DNA of 64,000 nucleotides. Origin: Nitrospinales bacterium (GTDB lineage: Bacteria > Nitrospinota > Nitrospinia > Nitrospinales > VA-1). The stretch is taken from the NCBI GenBank assembly GCA_965223345.1, contig CBDCWG010000007.1, positions 93,426 through 157,425 of the forward strand, given 5' to 3'. A program made the translations under genes and the position numbers. The number at the start of each line of letters is the position of its first letter. The stretch's first letter is position 1. Shown here one piece after another: positions 43,237 through 53,857 of this stretch. The notes under the pieces are model-generated. The model was given only the letters and a program-made list of their open reading frames with translations, was not told where the DNA came from and made no database searches.

Positions 43237-43896
43237 TTATTTCCCGGAGGGGGATTTGATGAGGTCAGCGGCTTGCCAGTTGACCTGCATGCGCTTGAGT
43301 TCGCCGGAGCGGCTTTCGTAGTTGAGGTAGCCTTCCTTTTGCCCGAACAGGAACAGATCGCGGGTGATCTCCACATCCTTGATGCAGTACTCGACGATCT
43401 TGTCCATTTTGCCTTCTTTGTACCACTGCAGGGCGATGAGGCCGTCGGCGGATTTTTCCGCGTGCAGGGTGTGATGGGCCAGGTGGTTGAGGCTCAGCCG
43501 GTGTCCGAGGATCTTGCGCACATCGACCAGCATGTCGAAGGTGGGGATTTCCTTGAGATCGAACGGCGCGTAGGGCTGCAGAACGGTGTAGTCGAAGCCC
43601 TCGACGTTGAACCCGACGACGAGATCGGCGGTTTTGAGCTTTTCGGCCAGTTTTTCAGCCTCGGGCTCCAGGTAGGTGTGGTATTTGCCGTCCACGCTGT
43701 CCCAGATGACGCCTGCGGCCAGTTTCATGAGGTGGGCGTTGTCCCAGCCGCCCACATCGTCGGCGCTTTTCTGGGTCTCCAGGTCGAAATACTGGATTCT
43801 CGGCGTGAAATCAGAGGTTTTCGGCGCCGGGGCCTTTTCCTCCTGAGGTTCGCCAAATAAATCGAGCTGATCTGTCATTTGCCGCCCAAAATTCAA
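43237..43896 (-). CDS. DEDD-type 3'-5' exonuclease-like protein
   Basis: YFDLETQ (Exo I-like) motif and later acidic motifs. Assignment uncertain. Confidence 0.5.
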   Translation of the reverse strand: MNFGRQMTDQLDLFGEPQEEKAPAPKTSDFTPRIQYFDLETQKSADDVGGWDNAHLMKLAAGVIWDSVDGKYHTYLEPEAEKLAEKLKTADLVVGFNVEGFDYTVLQPYAPFDLKEIPTFDMLVDVRKILGHRLSLNHLAHHTLHAEKSADGLIALQWYKEGKMDKIVEYCIKDVEITRDLFLFGQKEGYLNYESRSGELKRMQVNWQAADLIKSPSGK

Positions 43897-44049
43897 GGAA
43901 ATTCGCTATGCCGGTACTTTAGCACCCCACGGCCCGGAATCAAGCCTTTTTTCATAAACCACTGATTTTTTTAAACTTAAAAAATTGCGGCCGCAAAAGC
44001 CGCTGCGCGCCGATTTATCAAGCAGTTGCGCGAAATGCGTTTTAAAAGC

Positions 44050-44077
44050 TAAAGTTTACAATTTGTTAGGCCGTTAA
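44050..44077 (+). promoter_or_regulatory. sigma-28 (FliA)-type promoter upstream of fliD
   Basis: TAAAGTTT-N12-GCCGTTAA, against the consensus TAAAGTTT-N11-GCCGATAA. About 50 nt upstream of the fliD ATG. Confidence 0.55.
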
Positions 44078-44129
44078 TTGGGTTTGGTACAGTTGAACTC
44101 GCACTCTTATTCCAGGACGGAACGTTCCC

Positions 44130-45752
44130 ATGGCCGAATCCGCTATTTCGGGACTCAATTCAGGACTCGATACCGCGTCGTTGATCAGCAGCCTGATCGC
44201 GTTGCAGCGCCGGCCGATCGACCTGGTGGAAGCGAAAAAGGAGATCGAGAACCAGAAACTGGCCTCGTTCCAGGAGTTGCAGTCCCGCCTGCAGACCTTC
44301 AAAAGCGTGGTCACCACGCTCAACACGGAAGCCCGGTTTCTGTCCACCCGCGGGGATTTTTCCAACAACAGCGCCACGGACACCAACCAGGTGGTCACGC
44401 TCGACACGACGAGCCAGGCGGCCTCGGGAACGTTTTCGCTGACGGTCAATCAGCTGGCGCGGGAAAGCAAGCTGATCTCGGAAGGTTTCGCCGAGACCAC
44501 CTCCACGGTTCCGCAGGGCATCCTCGAAATCACGGTGGGTTCCACGACCACCGAGATCACCATCGACTCGACCAACAACACGCTCGACGGCCTGCGCCTT
44601 GCGATCAACAATTCGGGTGCGGACGTCTCCGCTTCCTTTCTGAACGACGGCAGCGCCACCAACCCGGTCAAGCTGCTAGTTTCGGGAACCAAGACGGGTG
44701 CGGACAACAGCGTTTCGGTTTCGCTCAAGCAGGGATTCATCGGCGGCGGCACACAGGAGGTGCTGGCGTTCACGGAAACCCAGTCGGCGCAGAACGCCAG
44801 CCTGGTTATCGACGGCGTTTCGATCACCAAGTCCAGCAACACGGTGACCGATGTGCTGAACGGCGCGGTGCTCAATCTCAAATCCGCAGGCTCCGGAATC
44901 ATCACGCTGTCTTCCGATCAGGAAGCCATCAAGGAAAAAATAAATAATTTCGTCAACGGCTACAACGACATCACACTTTTTCTCAACGAACAGCAGTTTT
45001 TGAATCCGGACACCTTTACCACGGGCGTCTTATTTGGTAACTTTACGGTGCAGAATCTTCAGCAGTCGCTTCGCAATACCGTGAGTGGCCAGGTAGCCGG
45101 AGTCGAAGGCACCTTCTCCTTTCTTTCCCAGGTCGGCATCCGGACGCAGACAGACGGAACGCTTTCCGTTGACGATGCCGTTCTGACCGACGCCCTGACC
45201 ACCGATATTTCCAATGTCAGTCAGCTTTTCTCCAGTAAGGGAACCACGACCAACAACGACGTCACCTTCGTCGGCTTCACCAAGAACACGGTTCCCGGCA
45301 CGTATGATTTGAGAGTTTCAGGCGGCGTCCCGCAACTGAGCCCCACAGGGCAGAACAACTACACGGACGCCGTTGGATCGGGCAATTTTTACGCAGGCGC
45401 GGAAGGCACCGACGCCGAAGGCCTCAATTTCCGGCTCGGCAATCTGAATGACGGCGATTACGGAACGATCACGCTTTCCATCGGCGTGGCGGAGACCATC
45501 AACCGGGTGCTCGACAACCTGGTGGACACGTCGCTCAACGGTCCGTTGTCCGCGGAAATCGACACCATCACCGAAACCATCAAGGATTTCGACAACACCA
45601 TCCTTGATCTGGAAGACCGTCTGGTCGTGTTCGAAGAAGATCTCCGGTTGCGTTTCACCAACCTGGAAATCCTCATCGGAGAGTTGAACACCCAAAGAGA
45701 TGCGTTCACGCAGGCTCTTTCGGGCGTTCAGAATCTGTTTAAAAATTCCTAA
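44130..45752 (+). CDS. fliD: flagellar filament capping protein (HAP2)
   Basis: N-terminus MAESAISGLNSGLDT. C-terminal coiled-coil segment. 540 aa. Confidence 0.85.
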   Translation: MAESAISGLNSGLDTASLISSLIALQRRPIDLVEAKKEIENQKLASFQELQSRLQTFKSVVTTLNTEARFLSTRGDFSNNSATDTNQVVTLDTTSQAASGTFSLTVNQLARESKLISEGFAETTSTVPQGILEITVGSTTTEITIDSTNNTLDGLRLAINNSGADVSASFLNDGSATNPVKLLVSGTKTGADNSVSVSLKQGFIGGGTQEVLAFTETQSAQNASLVIDGVSITKSSNTVTDVLNGAVLNLKSAGSGIITLSSDQEAIKEKINNFVNGYNDITLFLNEQQFLNPDTFTTGVLFGNFTVQNLQQSLRNTVSGQVAGVEGTFSFLSQVGIRTQTDGTLSVDDAVLTDALTTDISNVSQLFSSKGTTTNNDVTFVGFTKNTVPGTYDLRVSGGVPQLSPTGQNNYTDAVGSGNFYAGAEGTDAEGLNFRLGNLNDGDYGTITLSIGVAETINRVLDNLVDTSLNGPLSAEIDTITETIKDFDNTILDLEDRLVVFEEDLRLRFTNLEILIGELNTQRDAFTQALSGVQNLFKNS

Positions 45753-45783
45753 TCCTCTGACGCCTTAAGGAGATATTCGTTTC

Positions 45784-46218
45784 ATGGTCCCCTCCAAGCA
45801 CTACCAGACCTACAAGCAGAACCAGGTTTCCACTTCCAGCCAGGGCAAACTGATCATCATGATGTACGAGGGCGCCAAAAAGTTCACGCACATGGCTATC
45901 GAGGCGGTGGACCGGGGCGACATCGCCGCCAAGAGCCTTTACATCCAGAAAACCCACGACATCATCAACGAGTTGTCGGTGTCCCTGAACATCGAAAAAG
46001 GCGGGGATGTGGCGGTGCGGCTGGAAAGCCTGTACCAGTTCATCCTCAATCAATTGACGCTGGCGAACATCAAATCCGACCGCAAAGCGCTGGAATCGAT
46101 CCTCAAAGTGCTCAGCCCGCTTCTGGAAGGCTGGATGCAGCTGTACAACGAAACGAACGGTTCCAACGGCGCGGCGGTGCGGCCCCCGATGCAGAAAAGT
46201 ATCACGTCTAAAATCTGA
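45784..46218 (+). CDS. fliS: flagellar export chaperone
   Basis: 144-aa FliS-like helical bundle. Confidence 0.85.
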   Translation: MVPSKHYQTYKQNQVSTSSQGKLIIMMYEGAKKFTHMAIEAVDRGDIAAKSLYIQKTHDIINELSVSLNIEKGGDVAVRLESLYQFILNQLTLANIKSDRKALESILKVLSPLLEGWMQLYNETNGSNGAAVRPPMQKSITSKI

Positions 46219-46350
46219 CCGTTACCCCCTTCCCACATCCATTCCGGCACACGGTTTCCAGCCGGCACCCTTCTATCACCGATAACAGCGCGACACGATC
46301 GCCGAACCGGCAATCCCGTTGAAACCACGGGGATTTTTTGCCAATTTGCT

Positions 46351-46379
46351 TTGACAAGGTATGGGAGTTGTGATAAAAA
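46351..46379 (+). promoter_or_regulatory. candidate promoter for sucCD
   Basis: TTGACA-N17-TAAAAA. Weak -10 element. Confidence 0.25.
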
Positions 46380-46428
46380 CTGGGCTCTTTTATCCCGCAA
46401 ACCCCATTTCCCTTTTAAAGCAAGTGCG

Positions 46429-47589
46429 ATGAAAATTCACGAATACCAGGCGAAGGAGATCCTGGCGAAATACAACGTTCCCGTACCGGTCGGAATTCTG
46501 GTGGAGGACCCCGCGCAGGCTCCCGATGCGGCACGCAAGCTGGGAACGCCGGTGACGGTGGTCAAGGCGCAGATCCACGCCGGCGGCCGCGGCAAGGGCG
46601 GCGGTGTGAAACTCGCCAAAAGCCCCGAGGAAGCACAGACTCACGCGGACGACATCATCGGCATGACCCTGGTGACGCCGCAGACCGGGCCGGAAGGCCG
46701 CCTGGTCAAGAAAGTCCTGATCGAAGAGGGAATGGACATCGCCAAGGAGCTGTATCTCGGCATTCTCATTGACCGGGAGACCAGCCGGGTGCTGATCATG
46801 GCCAGCGAAGCCGGCGGCATGGAAATCGAGGAAGTGGCCGCGGAGACTCCGGAGAAGATCATCAAGGAAATCGTCGATCCGGTGGTGGGCGTCAAACCCT
46901 ACCTCGCCCGCAAGATCGCTTTCGCGCTGAACCTGGAAGGCGATGCGTTCAAAAAGATGATTCCGTTCATCATCAACCTGTACCAGGCTTTCGTGAAGGA
47001 AGACTGCGACATGCTGGAGATCAACCCGCTGGTCATCACTTCCGACAACCGGGTTCTGGCTCTGGACGCCAAGGTCAGCATCGACGACAACGCCCTTTAC
47101 CGGCACAAGGACACGCAGGCATTCCGCGATCTCGATGAAGAGGCGCCGCTTGAGGTGGAAGCGTCCAAGTTTCACCTCAACTACATCAAGCTGGACGGCA
47201 ACATCGGCTGCATGGTCAACGGGGCCGGGCTGGCGATGGCGACGATGGACATCATCAAGCATTCGGGCGGCGAACCGGCGAACTTTCTCGATGTGGGCGG
47301 CGGCGCCAACGAGGAGATGATCGAAAACGGTTTTCGCATCCTGCTTTCCGATGAAAACGTGAAAGCGATTTTCATCAATATTTTCGGCGGCATCCTGCGC
47401 TGCGACATCCTGGCGCGCGGCGTGGTGGCGGCGGCAAAAAAACTCAACGTTCAAGTCCCCATCGTTGTCCGGATGGAAGGCACCAATATGGAGGAAGGAC
47501 ACCAGATCCTGGAAGAGTCCGGCCTTTCCTTCGTCGTGGGCAACGGAATGAAAGACGCAGCACAAAAAGCGGTGAAATCGATCCAATGA
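46429..47589 (+). CDS. sucC: succinate--CoA ligase beta subunit
   Basis: [12 protein letters not shown]... ATP-grasp fold. Confidence 0.9.
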   Translation: MKIHEYQAKEILAKYNVPVPVGILVEDPAQAPDAARKLGTPVTVVKAQIHAGGRGKGGGVKLAKSPEEAQTHADDIIGMTLVTPQTGPEGRLVKKVLIEEGMDIAKELYLGILIDRETSRVLIMASEAGGMEIEEVAAETPEKIIKEIVDPVVGVKPYLARKIAFALNLEGDAFKKMIPFIINLYQAFVKEDCDMLEINPLVITSDNRVLALDAKVSIDDNALYRHKDTQAFRDLDEEAPLEVEASKFHLNYIKLDGNIGCMVNGAGLAMATMDIIKHSGGEPANFLDVGGGANEEMIENGFRILLSDENVKAIFINIFGGILRCDILARGVVAAAKKLNVQVPIVVRMEGTNMEEGHQILEESGLSFVVGNGMKDAAQKAVKSIQ

Positions 47590-48455
47590 GCATTCTAGTC
47601 GATGAAAATACGAGATTGATCGTCCAGGGCATCACCGGACGGGAAGGCCAGTTTCACGCCGAGCAGAGCATGCTTTACGGCACCAAACTGGTGGGCGGCG
47701 TCACGCCCGGCAAGGGCGGACAGACGGTTCTGGGAAAAGTCCCCGTCTTCAACACGGTGTCCGACGCCGCCAAGAAAACCAGGGCCAACGCCACCATGAT
47801 CTTCGTGCCGCCTCCGTTCGCGGCGGACGCGATCCTGGAAGCGGCGGCGGCGGGGATCGAGCTGATCATCTGCATCACCGAAGGCATCCCCACCTACGAC
47901 ATGGTCGAGGTGTACAAATACCTGGAGAGCTCCGATTCCAGGCTGGTCGGCCCCAACTGCCCCGGCGTCATCTCGCCCGGCAAAGCCAAGATCGGCATCA
48001 TGCCCGCCCACATTCACAAGAAGGGCAACGTGGGCATCATCTCCCGCAGCGGCACCCTGACCTACGAAACGGTGGGGCAGCTGACCGCGATGGGCATCGG
48101 CCAGTCCACCTGTGTGGGCATCGGCGGCGACCCCATCATCGGCAGCCGGTTCACGGACATCCTGGAGCTGTTCAACAAGGACCGCGGCACCAAGGCCATC
48201 TGCATGATCGGGGAGATCGGCGGCAGCGCCGAGGACGAAGCGGCGCGCTACATCAAAAAGAACGTCAAAAAACCGGTGGTCGGCTTCATCGCGGGACAGA
48301 CCGCCCCTCCGGGCCGCAGGATGGGCCATGCCGGCGCCATCATCTCCGGCGGTCAGGGCACGGCGGAAGAAAAGATGAAGGTGATGAAACGCTGCGGCAT
48401 CAAAGTGTGCAAGAGCCCGGCGGACCTCGGAAAAACCATCTCCAAGGTGCTTTAA
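47586..48455 (+). CDS. sucD: succinate--CoA ligase alpha subunit
   Basis: CoA-binding and phosphohistidine regions. Start overlaps the sucC stop. Confidence 0.9.
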   Translation: MSILVDENTRLIVQGITGREGQFHAEQSMLYGTKLVGGVTPGKGGQTVLGKVPVFNTVSDAAKKTRANATMIFVPPPFAADAILEAAAAGIELIICITEGIPTYDMVEVYKYLESSDSRLVGPNCPGVISPGKAKIGIMPAHIHKKGNVGIISRSGTLTYETVGQLTAMGIGQSTCVGIGGDPIIGSRFTDILELFNKDRGTKAICMIGEIGGSAEDEAARYIKKNVKKPVVGFIAGQTAPPGRRMGHAGAIISGGQGTAEEKMKVMKRCGIKVCKSPADLGKTISKVL

Positions 48456-48594
48456 CAGATTCGGGGGGAGCCCGCTCCCCTCTTCCCTTCAGTCCCCCTC
48501 GCCAGCACGCTTTCCCGGCGCGGCCCCACGCGCGCAACGCTTCCAAAATGCGAAATTTTTTGCACCGGCCCGCGATCGCACTCATCTTAATGGC

Positions 48595-48792
48595 ATGAAC
48601 GCTCAAATCTGCAGCAAATGCGGCACGGAGAACGTCACGAAATCGGCCTGGTGTGAAAAGTGCCTGACGCCGTTTCAGGAATACGGGGAAGATCAGACGA
48701 TCCACTGCCCGGAATGCAAACACGTCAACGCTTACACACTGGAATACTGCGAAGTGTGCCACGAGCCCCTCAAACCGGGCCAGTGGGAATGA
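48595..48792 (+). CDS. small zinc-ribbon protein (65 aa, two CxxC pairs)
   Basis: CSKC...CEKC and CPEC...CEVC. Confidence 0.45.
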   Translation: MNAQICSKCGTENVTKSAWCEKCLTPFQEYGEDQTIHCPECKHVNAYTLEYCEVCHEPLKPGQWE

Positions 48793-48811
48793 GCACCGGC
48801 GCGCCTGCGTC

Positions 48812-49252
48812 TCACTCCTTTTCGTCCGCTTCCTCGAAGGACAGGTAAGACAGACGGCTCTGGTAATCGAGAAGATCGAACTGCTTGCCCTGGCGGAACG
48901 TGGAAAAATACAGATCCGCGTAGACGCCGATGATGGCGTGCAGGGCTTCGTGTTCCCCCATCCCCTGCTTCTTGAGCCGGTCCAGCGTTTCCTGAACGAA
49001 CGGCGGGTCGCCGTTCAAAAGCTGCTTGTCAACGGTCACATGTAAAACTGTGTGCACAAATGGACTCACGACCTGGCCGTCGATCTCCTGCGGATAGGTG
49101 GCGAGTTCCCCCTGTTTCCAGATTTCATCGAACTCCGGATGCAGGTCCATGACGTGCGCGATGCGCTCGTCCACCTCATCGATCTCCCTGCCTTCCTGAC
49201 GCCCGGCCGCAACGTGCAGGATGCGGACCTGGGTTTCCTTGTCAAAATTCAT
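48812..49252 (-). CDS. hypothetical protein (146 aa)
   Basis: ORF only. Local GC is lower than the surrounding backbone. Confidence 0.45.
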   Translation of the reverse strand: MNFDKETQVRILHVAAGRQEGREIDEVDERIAHVMDLHPEFDEIWKQGELATYPQEIDGQVVSPFVHTVLHVTVDKQLLNGDPPFVQETLDRLKKQGMGEHEALHAIIGVYADLYFSTFRQGKQFDLLDYQSRLSYLSFEEADEKE

Positions 49253-49340
49253 TTCAAATCACCTCACAGGATGCGCTTTCCCTGTTTTTCTGTAAAAGGC
49301 TGTGGAGCTGCCTGGTTTTTGGGTTAGAGCGAAAAAGCCG

Positions 49341-49625
49341 TCAGGGGGTTTCGGAAAAATGCGTCCTTCTTTCTTTTCCGCCGCCGCCGTACACCATAAA
49401 CACCCGTTTTCCCTGCCGCATGTGATATTTGGCCCAGGCCGGTGATTTTTCCTGATAGCTGGCGTTGGGGTCCTCGCCTTCCGCCTTCAGATAATCCGGG
49501 TAGTCCAGGCCGGCATCGTAGGCATCCATCAACAGGCAGTCGGTGGTGAAGCCTTCACCGGTCAGCTTGATCTGGCTCAAAAAGGTCTCGATTTCAGCGG
49601 GATCGTTCAGTTCAATGGGCTGCAT
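49341..49625 (-). CDS. hypothetical protein (94 aa)
   Basis: ORF only. Confidence 0.35.
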   Translation of the reverse strand: MQPIELNDPAEIETFLSQIKLTGEGFTTDCLLMDAYDAGLDYPDYLKAEGEDPNASYQEKSPAWAKYHMRQGKRVFMVYGGGGKERRTHFSETP

Positions 49626-49897
49626 GGGTCCTGTCCTAAAAAGGGTGTTCTTGATTGGGAAATAAGCTCAAACCCGGCGGGTGGAATCGCTGCCCCGCGG
49701 GCCCATCCGCCTTCTTCCAGGGCGGCGATTTCAACGGGGGGATGGATTCCAACCGACGAGGGCCGTATTGTAGAACAAACGGTAAAACAGGGAAAAACAA
49801 AAAACTCACATTTCTTCAAAACTATTTTTCCCCACAGTCATCGAAAACCTGTAAATTACCGCGAAAAGTGATTAAAATATATCTTTGGGGAAAAGCC

Positions 49898-50227
49898 ATG
49901 GTGATCCAGGACAACCTGTTGTTAAGCCGAACCGAACCGAATGGGATGGGCGGCACCCAGTTTCTCTATAAAGTGAAGGAATACGGCGTCGTCGCCGTCA
50001 CCCGTCCCGAAGAAAACATCGCCAACATTCACTGGCTGGTGGACATTATCCGCTATTCGAACACCAGTCCCATCGAATATTCCGTATGCCACACGACGGA
50101 ACTGGCGGACAAAACACTCAAATTCTACAACGACAAGTCCCTGAATGAATTCCTCGAAAAGGCCTTCGCCTATTTCAACGAACTGGACCTGCTCGAGAAA
50201 ATGCTGCCTGAGGAAAAGGATGGCTGA
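49898..50227 (+). CDS. hypothetical protein (109 aa)
   Basis: Internal ATG of the track ORF (MVIQDNLLLSRTEPNG...). GC about 48%. Confidence 0.35.
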   Translation: MVIQDNLLLSRTEPNGMGGTQFLYKVKEYGVVAVTRPEENIANIHWLVDIIRYSNTSPIEYSVCHTTELADKTLKFYNDKSLNEFLEKAFAYFNELDLLEKMLPEEKDG

Positions 50228-50511
50228 AAAGACTCATATTTAGTGGGTTATCACTTGACAGAACTCACCCCGGTTATTAATATGAGGCTCATTTTTGACA
50301 CGGTAGGAAAGTTATTTTGGGTGAATTTCGGGCGATTTTTCAGACCCTGCAACGGCCCTCACGCGCAGGACTGAGCGGGGCAGAGTGTGTGCCCCCCTTT
50401 GATTGCCCCAACTAAAATCTGAACCAAACAAGCTCAATTTTTCGGAATAGTCGGTAGCCGGTTTCTCTCATAGTCTACTGTATACAAACGCATTGATCGA
50501 GGAGACAGCAT

Positions 50512-51723
50512 ATGTCGAACGTAAATCCCCAGGCTGAAGGCAAACCGCAAGATTGGGTCCCAGCGGGTGATTTGCAGAAGGTCGTTTCTGCAGAAGAGAT
50601 GTTCCATAAACTTCCACGGGAGACCCATTTCATCACCGGCAGTGAAGCGGCCCGGGAATCCATACGTCGAGCCAACATTGATTGCGCGTTCTCTTACCCC
50701 ATCACGCCGCAGAGCGAAACGATGCAGCAGGCGGGCTACCTCTATGACGAGGGTTACATCAAGGATTATTATCGCGGCGAGGAGGAAATCGGCGTGATGT
50801 CCTCCATGTCCGGTGCGTCGCGCGCCGGAGTACGCTGCCTCACGGCCACCTCGGGTCCCGGCCTGATGCGCGGCATGGAAGCGATCGCTTCCTGGCCCGG
50901 AGCCCGGACGCCCATCGTTCTCTTGAATATGTGCCGGGTGATCAACACGCCGCTGGCGATTCAGCCCGACAACATCGAGATGTCCTTCATGCTGAACACG
51001 GGCATCATTCTGATGCACGCTGAAAACCAGCAGGACTTTTACGATTATCCCCTCGCGGCCTGTGTCGTCTCTGAAGAAGTCGATGTGACGCTGCCCGCCG
51101 TGGTTTCCGTGGATGGTTTTTTTGTGACGCATGCCCGCGGTCAGGTTTCCATGACTTCGGAAGAATACAAACTGCCACCGAGAGACGGCTGGCGATCCGC
51201 CGTGCCGGCGATGGACAACGAAAACCCGCCCGCGCGTCTCTCCCGCGACGCCCCGATTCAGAAAAGTAATTTCATCAGTTATCACATGCACTCCAGCTGG
51301 CAGCAGGAAGTGTTCGCCGCCAACGAACGCGCCGCGAAATATTTTGATTTCCTGCTGGGCGGTCTGGTTGAAGTGATCAATCCGGGTGCGGAGGATTTCA
51401 TCGTCGCTTCCGGATCAGCGGTATCGCAGGCGCGCGAAGCGGTGCGCCAGGAAGGCGAACAGGGCCGCAAGGTGGGACTGGTCAAAATCAAAACCATTCG
51501 GCCGTTTCCGGCCCGTCAGCTCATCGAGGCGGTGAAAGACGCCAAACGCATCCTGGTCCCCGAGTTCAACCAGGCGGGCTGGATGCACAAGGAAGTCTGT
51601 GCGGTGCTGTACGGCAACTGTAAAGCCGAAATCTCCCCGGGTCCCCGGGTGTTCGGCGGCATGACCATGCCGACGGAAATGATTCTGGAATGGCTGGCGG
51701 ATGCGAGAAAGCAGACGCCCTAG
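50512..51723 (+). CDS. 2-oxoacid:ferredoxin oxidoreductase alpha subunit (likely 2-oxoglutarate synthase)
   Basis: KorA/PorA-like (GASRAGVRCLTATSGPG). Confidence 0.85.
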   Translation: MSNVNPQAEGKPQDWVPAGDLQKVVSAEEMFHKLPRETHFITGSEAARESIRRANIDCAFSYPITPQSETMQQAGYLYDEGYIKDYYRGEEEIGVMSSMSGASRAGVRCLTATSGPGLMRGMEAIASWPGARTPIVLLNMCRVINTPLAIQPDNIEMSFMLNTGIILMHAENQQDFYDYPLAACVVSEEVDVTLPAVVSVDGFFVTHARGQVSMTSEEYKLPPRDGWRSAVPAMDNENPPARLSRDAPIQKSNFISYHMHSSWQQEVFAANERAAKYFDFLLGGLVEVINPGAEDFIVASGSAVSQAREAVRQEGEQGRKVGLVKIKTIRPFPARQLIEAVKDAKRILVPEFNQAGWMHKEVCAVLYGNCKAEISPGPRVFGGMTMPTEMILEWLADARKQTP

Positions 51724-51859
51724 ACTGTTGCAGGTTCCGGCTGAGCCGGTATGATTTCTGGTCTCAATCGAAAAACGCTTTGTTTTTCGGTTACAATATA
51801 AAAGACGATAACGTCCCAATTACTTATAAAATCTATTTTTTAATATAAAGGATCACGAT

Positions 51860-52732
51860 ATGTCTTTAGAAACCCTCTATCCCGCTCCGGCTTTCAAGGA
51901 TAATCTTCCGATCGAGTACAAAGATCTCGTGGATCACGGCCCTTACGGCAAGCAGAAAAAAGTCACCGACATGGGTAAGTTCAAAGAAGTGCTGGAAGAG
52001 CATCCCATGTGTGCGGGTTGCGCCATGACTCTGTTCATCCGGCTGGCTTACATCGGCATGCCCAATCCGGAGCACACGATTGTGGTGGGAACCGCCGGCT
52101 GCGGCCGTCTGGCTCTGTCTCAGGCATCGGTGCCTTTTGTCTACGGCAACTACGGCGACACCAACGCGGTGGCCTCCGGTTTGAAACGCGGTCTGGAAAT
52201 TCGCTTCCCGAATCAGAAAAAAGACGTTGTGGTGATGGCCGGCGACGGCGGTCTGGTGGACATCGGTTTCCAGGGGCTCATGCACAGCTGGTTCCGCCAT
52301 GAGAAGTTCACCACCATCATGCTGGACAACGAGGTGTACGGAAACACCGGCGGACAGGAAAGCGGCATGACCAATCACGGGAAAGTTCTGAAGATGGCCC
52401 CCCGCGGCAAGATCGGCGAGAAAATGGACGTGATCGGGCTGGCGAAAGTCGCCAAACTGGATTACATCGCCCGGCTGGCGCCCACCAATCCCGCCCGTGT
52501 CGCACGGACGGTGCGCCGCGCCATTCTGGTGGCCCGCGAATTCGGAGCGACCTATGTTCAGGCTTACACCTCCTGCAACATCGAGTACTCGATCCCGACT
52601 CCGGAAGTAATGAAGGACGCTTTTGAGATCGAAAAAGAGCGGTATGGTTTTGAAGAAATCATCTCCGATCGCGCCAAGGAGTACCTGAAAGAGATCGAAG
52701 CCAAAGACAAGAAGAAAAAAGCCAAGAAATAA
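51860..52732 (+). CDS. 2-oxoacid:ferredoxin oxidoreductase beta subunit (TPP-binding)
   Basis: Cys cluster ligands and a GDGG TPP motif. Confidence 0.85.
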   Translation: MSLETLYPAPAFKDNLPIEYKDLVDHGPYGKQKKVTDMGKFKEVLEEHPMCAGCAMTLFIRLAYIGMPNPEHTIVVGTAGCGRLALSQASVPFVYGNYGDTNAVASGLKRGLEIRFPNQKKDVVVMAGDGGLVDIGFQGLMHSWFRHEKFTTIMLDNEVYGNTGGQESGMTNHGKVLKMAPRGKIGEKMDVIGLAKVAKLDYIARLAPTNPARVARTVRRAILVAREFGATYVQAYTSCNIEYSIPTPEVMKDAFEIEKERYGFEEIISDRAKEYLKEIEAKDKKKKAKK

Positions 52733-52744
52733 GGAGGAACACCA

Positions 52745-53479
52745 ATGGCAGAAGTCAAGCGCTACAACGTCCGCATGGCGGGAATCGGAGGCCAGGGGGT
52801 CGTCACGGCATCCCATATCATCAGTAACGGGGTGGTCATTTCCGGTGGGCACAGTTCTCTCGTTCCTTTTTTCGGCTCCGAGAAACGGAATGCCCCGGTT
52901 GAAAGTTACGTGAGGATTTCCAATCAGGAGATTTACGAGATCGGCGAGATCATCTTCCCCAACGTGATCATGATCTTCCACCCCTCCGTCATCACCCTGG
53001 GCAAATCCTACACGATGCCGTTTTACACGGGTCTCAAAAAGGGCGGCATCATCCTGATCAACAGCCGCACGCCCATCCCCTTCTCCCGGGATGAGCAAAA
53101 AGAGATGGACGATTTGGAGGCCAAACTTTACTACCTCCCGGCAACTGAAATCGCAAACGAGGTCGCCAAAACCGAGCTGGCCACCAACATGGCCATGTGC
53201 GGTGCGATCGCAGCCGTATTCGGGATGCCGGATCTGAAATCCCTCGCGGCATCGGTCAAGGACCGCTTCATCGGCAAAGGCATCGTCGTTTCCGGCGGCA
53301 CGGCAGCACTTGACAGTGCCATCGAGAAAAAGTTCGCCAAAAAGCAGAAGCTTTTGGAAGCGAACATGAAAACCCTTGAAGCCACCTACAAATACATGAT
53401 GGAAAAAGGGTGGGCGCACAAAGATGCGAAGTTTGAAGCACTCACGGACGCACAACACGCTGCTGCTGCGGGCGTTTAA
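52745..53479 (+). CDS. 2-oxoacid:ferredoxin oxidoreductase gamma subunit
   Basis: MAGIGGQGVVTASHII N-terminus. Confidence 0.8.
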   Translation: MAEVKRYNVRMAGIGGQGVVTASHIISNGVVISGGHSSLVPFFGSEKRNAPVESYVRISNQEIYEIGEIIFPNVIMIFHPSVITLGKSYTMPFYTGLKKGGIILINSRTPIPFSRDEQKEMDDLEAKLYYLPATEIANEVAKTELATNMAMCGAIAAVFGMPDLKSLAASVKDRFIGKGIVVSGGTAALDSAIEKKFAKKQKLLEANMKTLEATYKYMMEKGWAHKDAKFEALTDAQHAAAAGV

Positions 53480-53503
53480 TATTTTTAATTTCCTGGAGAA
53501 ACC

Positions 53504-53767
53504 ATGTACTACGTTGCTCAAGTAGACAAGGACATCTGTTCGCAGAAGAACTGTTCCCTGTGCACGACCTACTGTCCTGAAGCCAATTGCATCAACTACA
53601 GCGAAGCAGACAAGTCCGCCTACGTTTCCGTGGACCGCTGCAAGGCCTGTGAGATCTGCGTTTATATCTGCGACGAGATCGCCAAGAACAATGCGATCCA
53701 GATGAAATGGATCGACAACCTGGATGAAGGTTTTGTGATCAAGAAGACCGGGGTTGTTCTTCGGTAA
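53504..53767 (+). CDS. 2-oxoacid:ferredoxin oxidoreductase delta subunit (2x[4Fe-4S] ferredoxin)
   Basis: Two Cys cluster motifs in 87 aa. Confidence 0.8.
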   Translation: MYYVAQVDKDICSQKNCSLCTTYCPEANCINYSEADKSAYVSVDRCKACEICVYICDEIAKNNAIQMKWIDNLDEGFVIKKTGVVLR

Positions 53768-53857
53768 ACAGTTTGTCATCAAAGGGGGGTATTTGGGCGG
53801 ATACGCCCAGATACCCCTTTTTTTTTCCGCAACACATTCACCTGAGGAAGGATTTTC

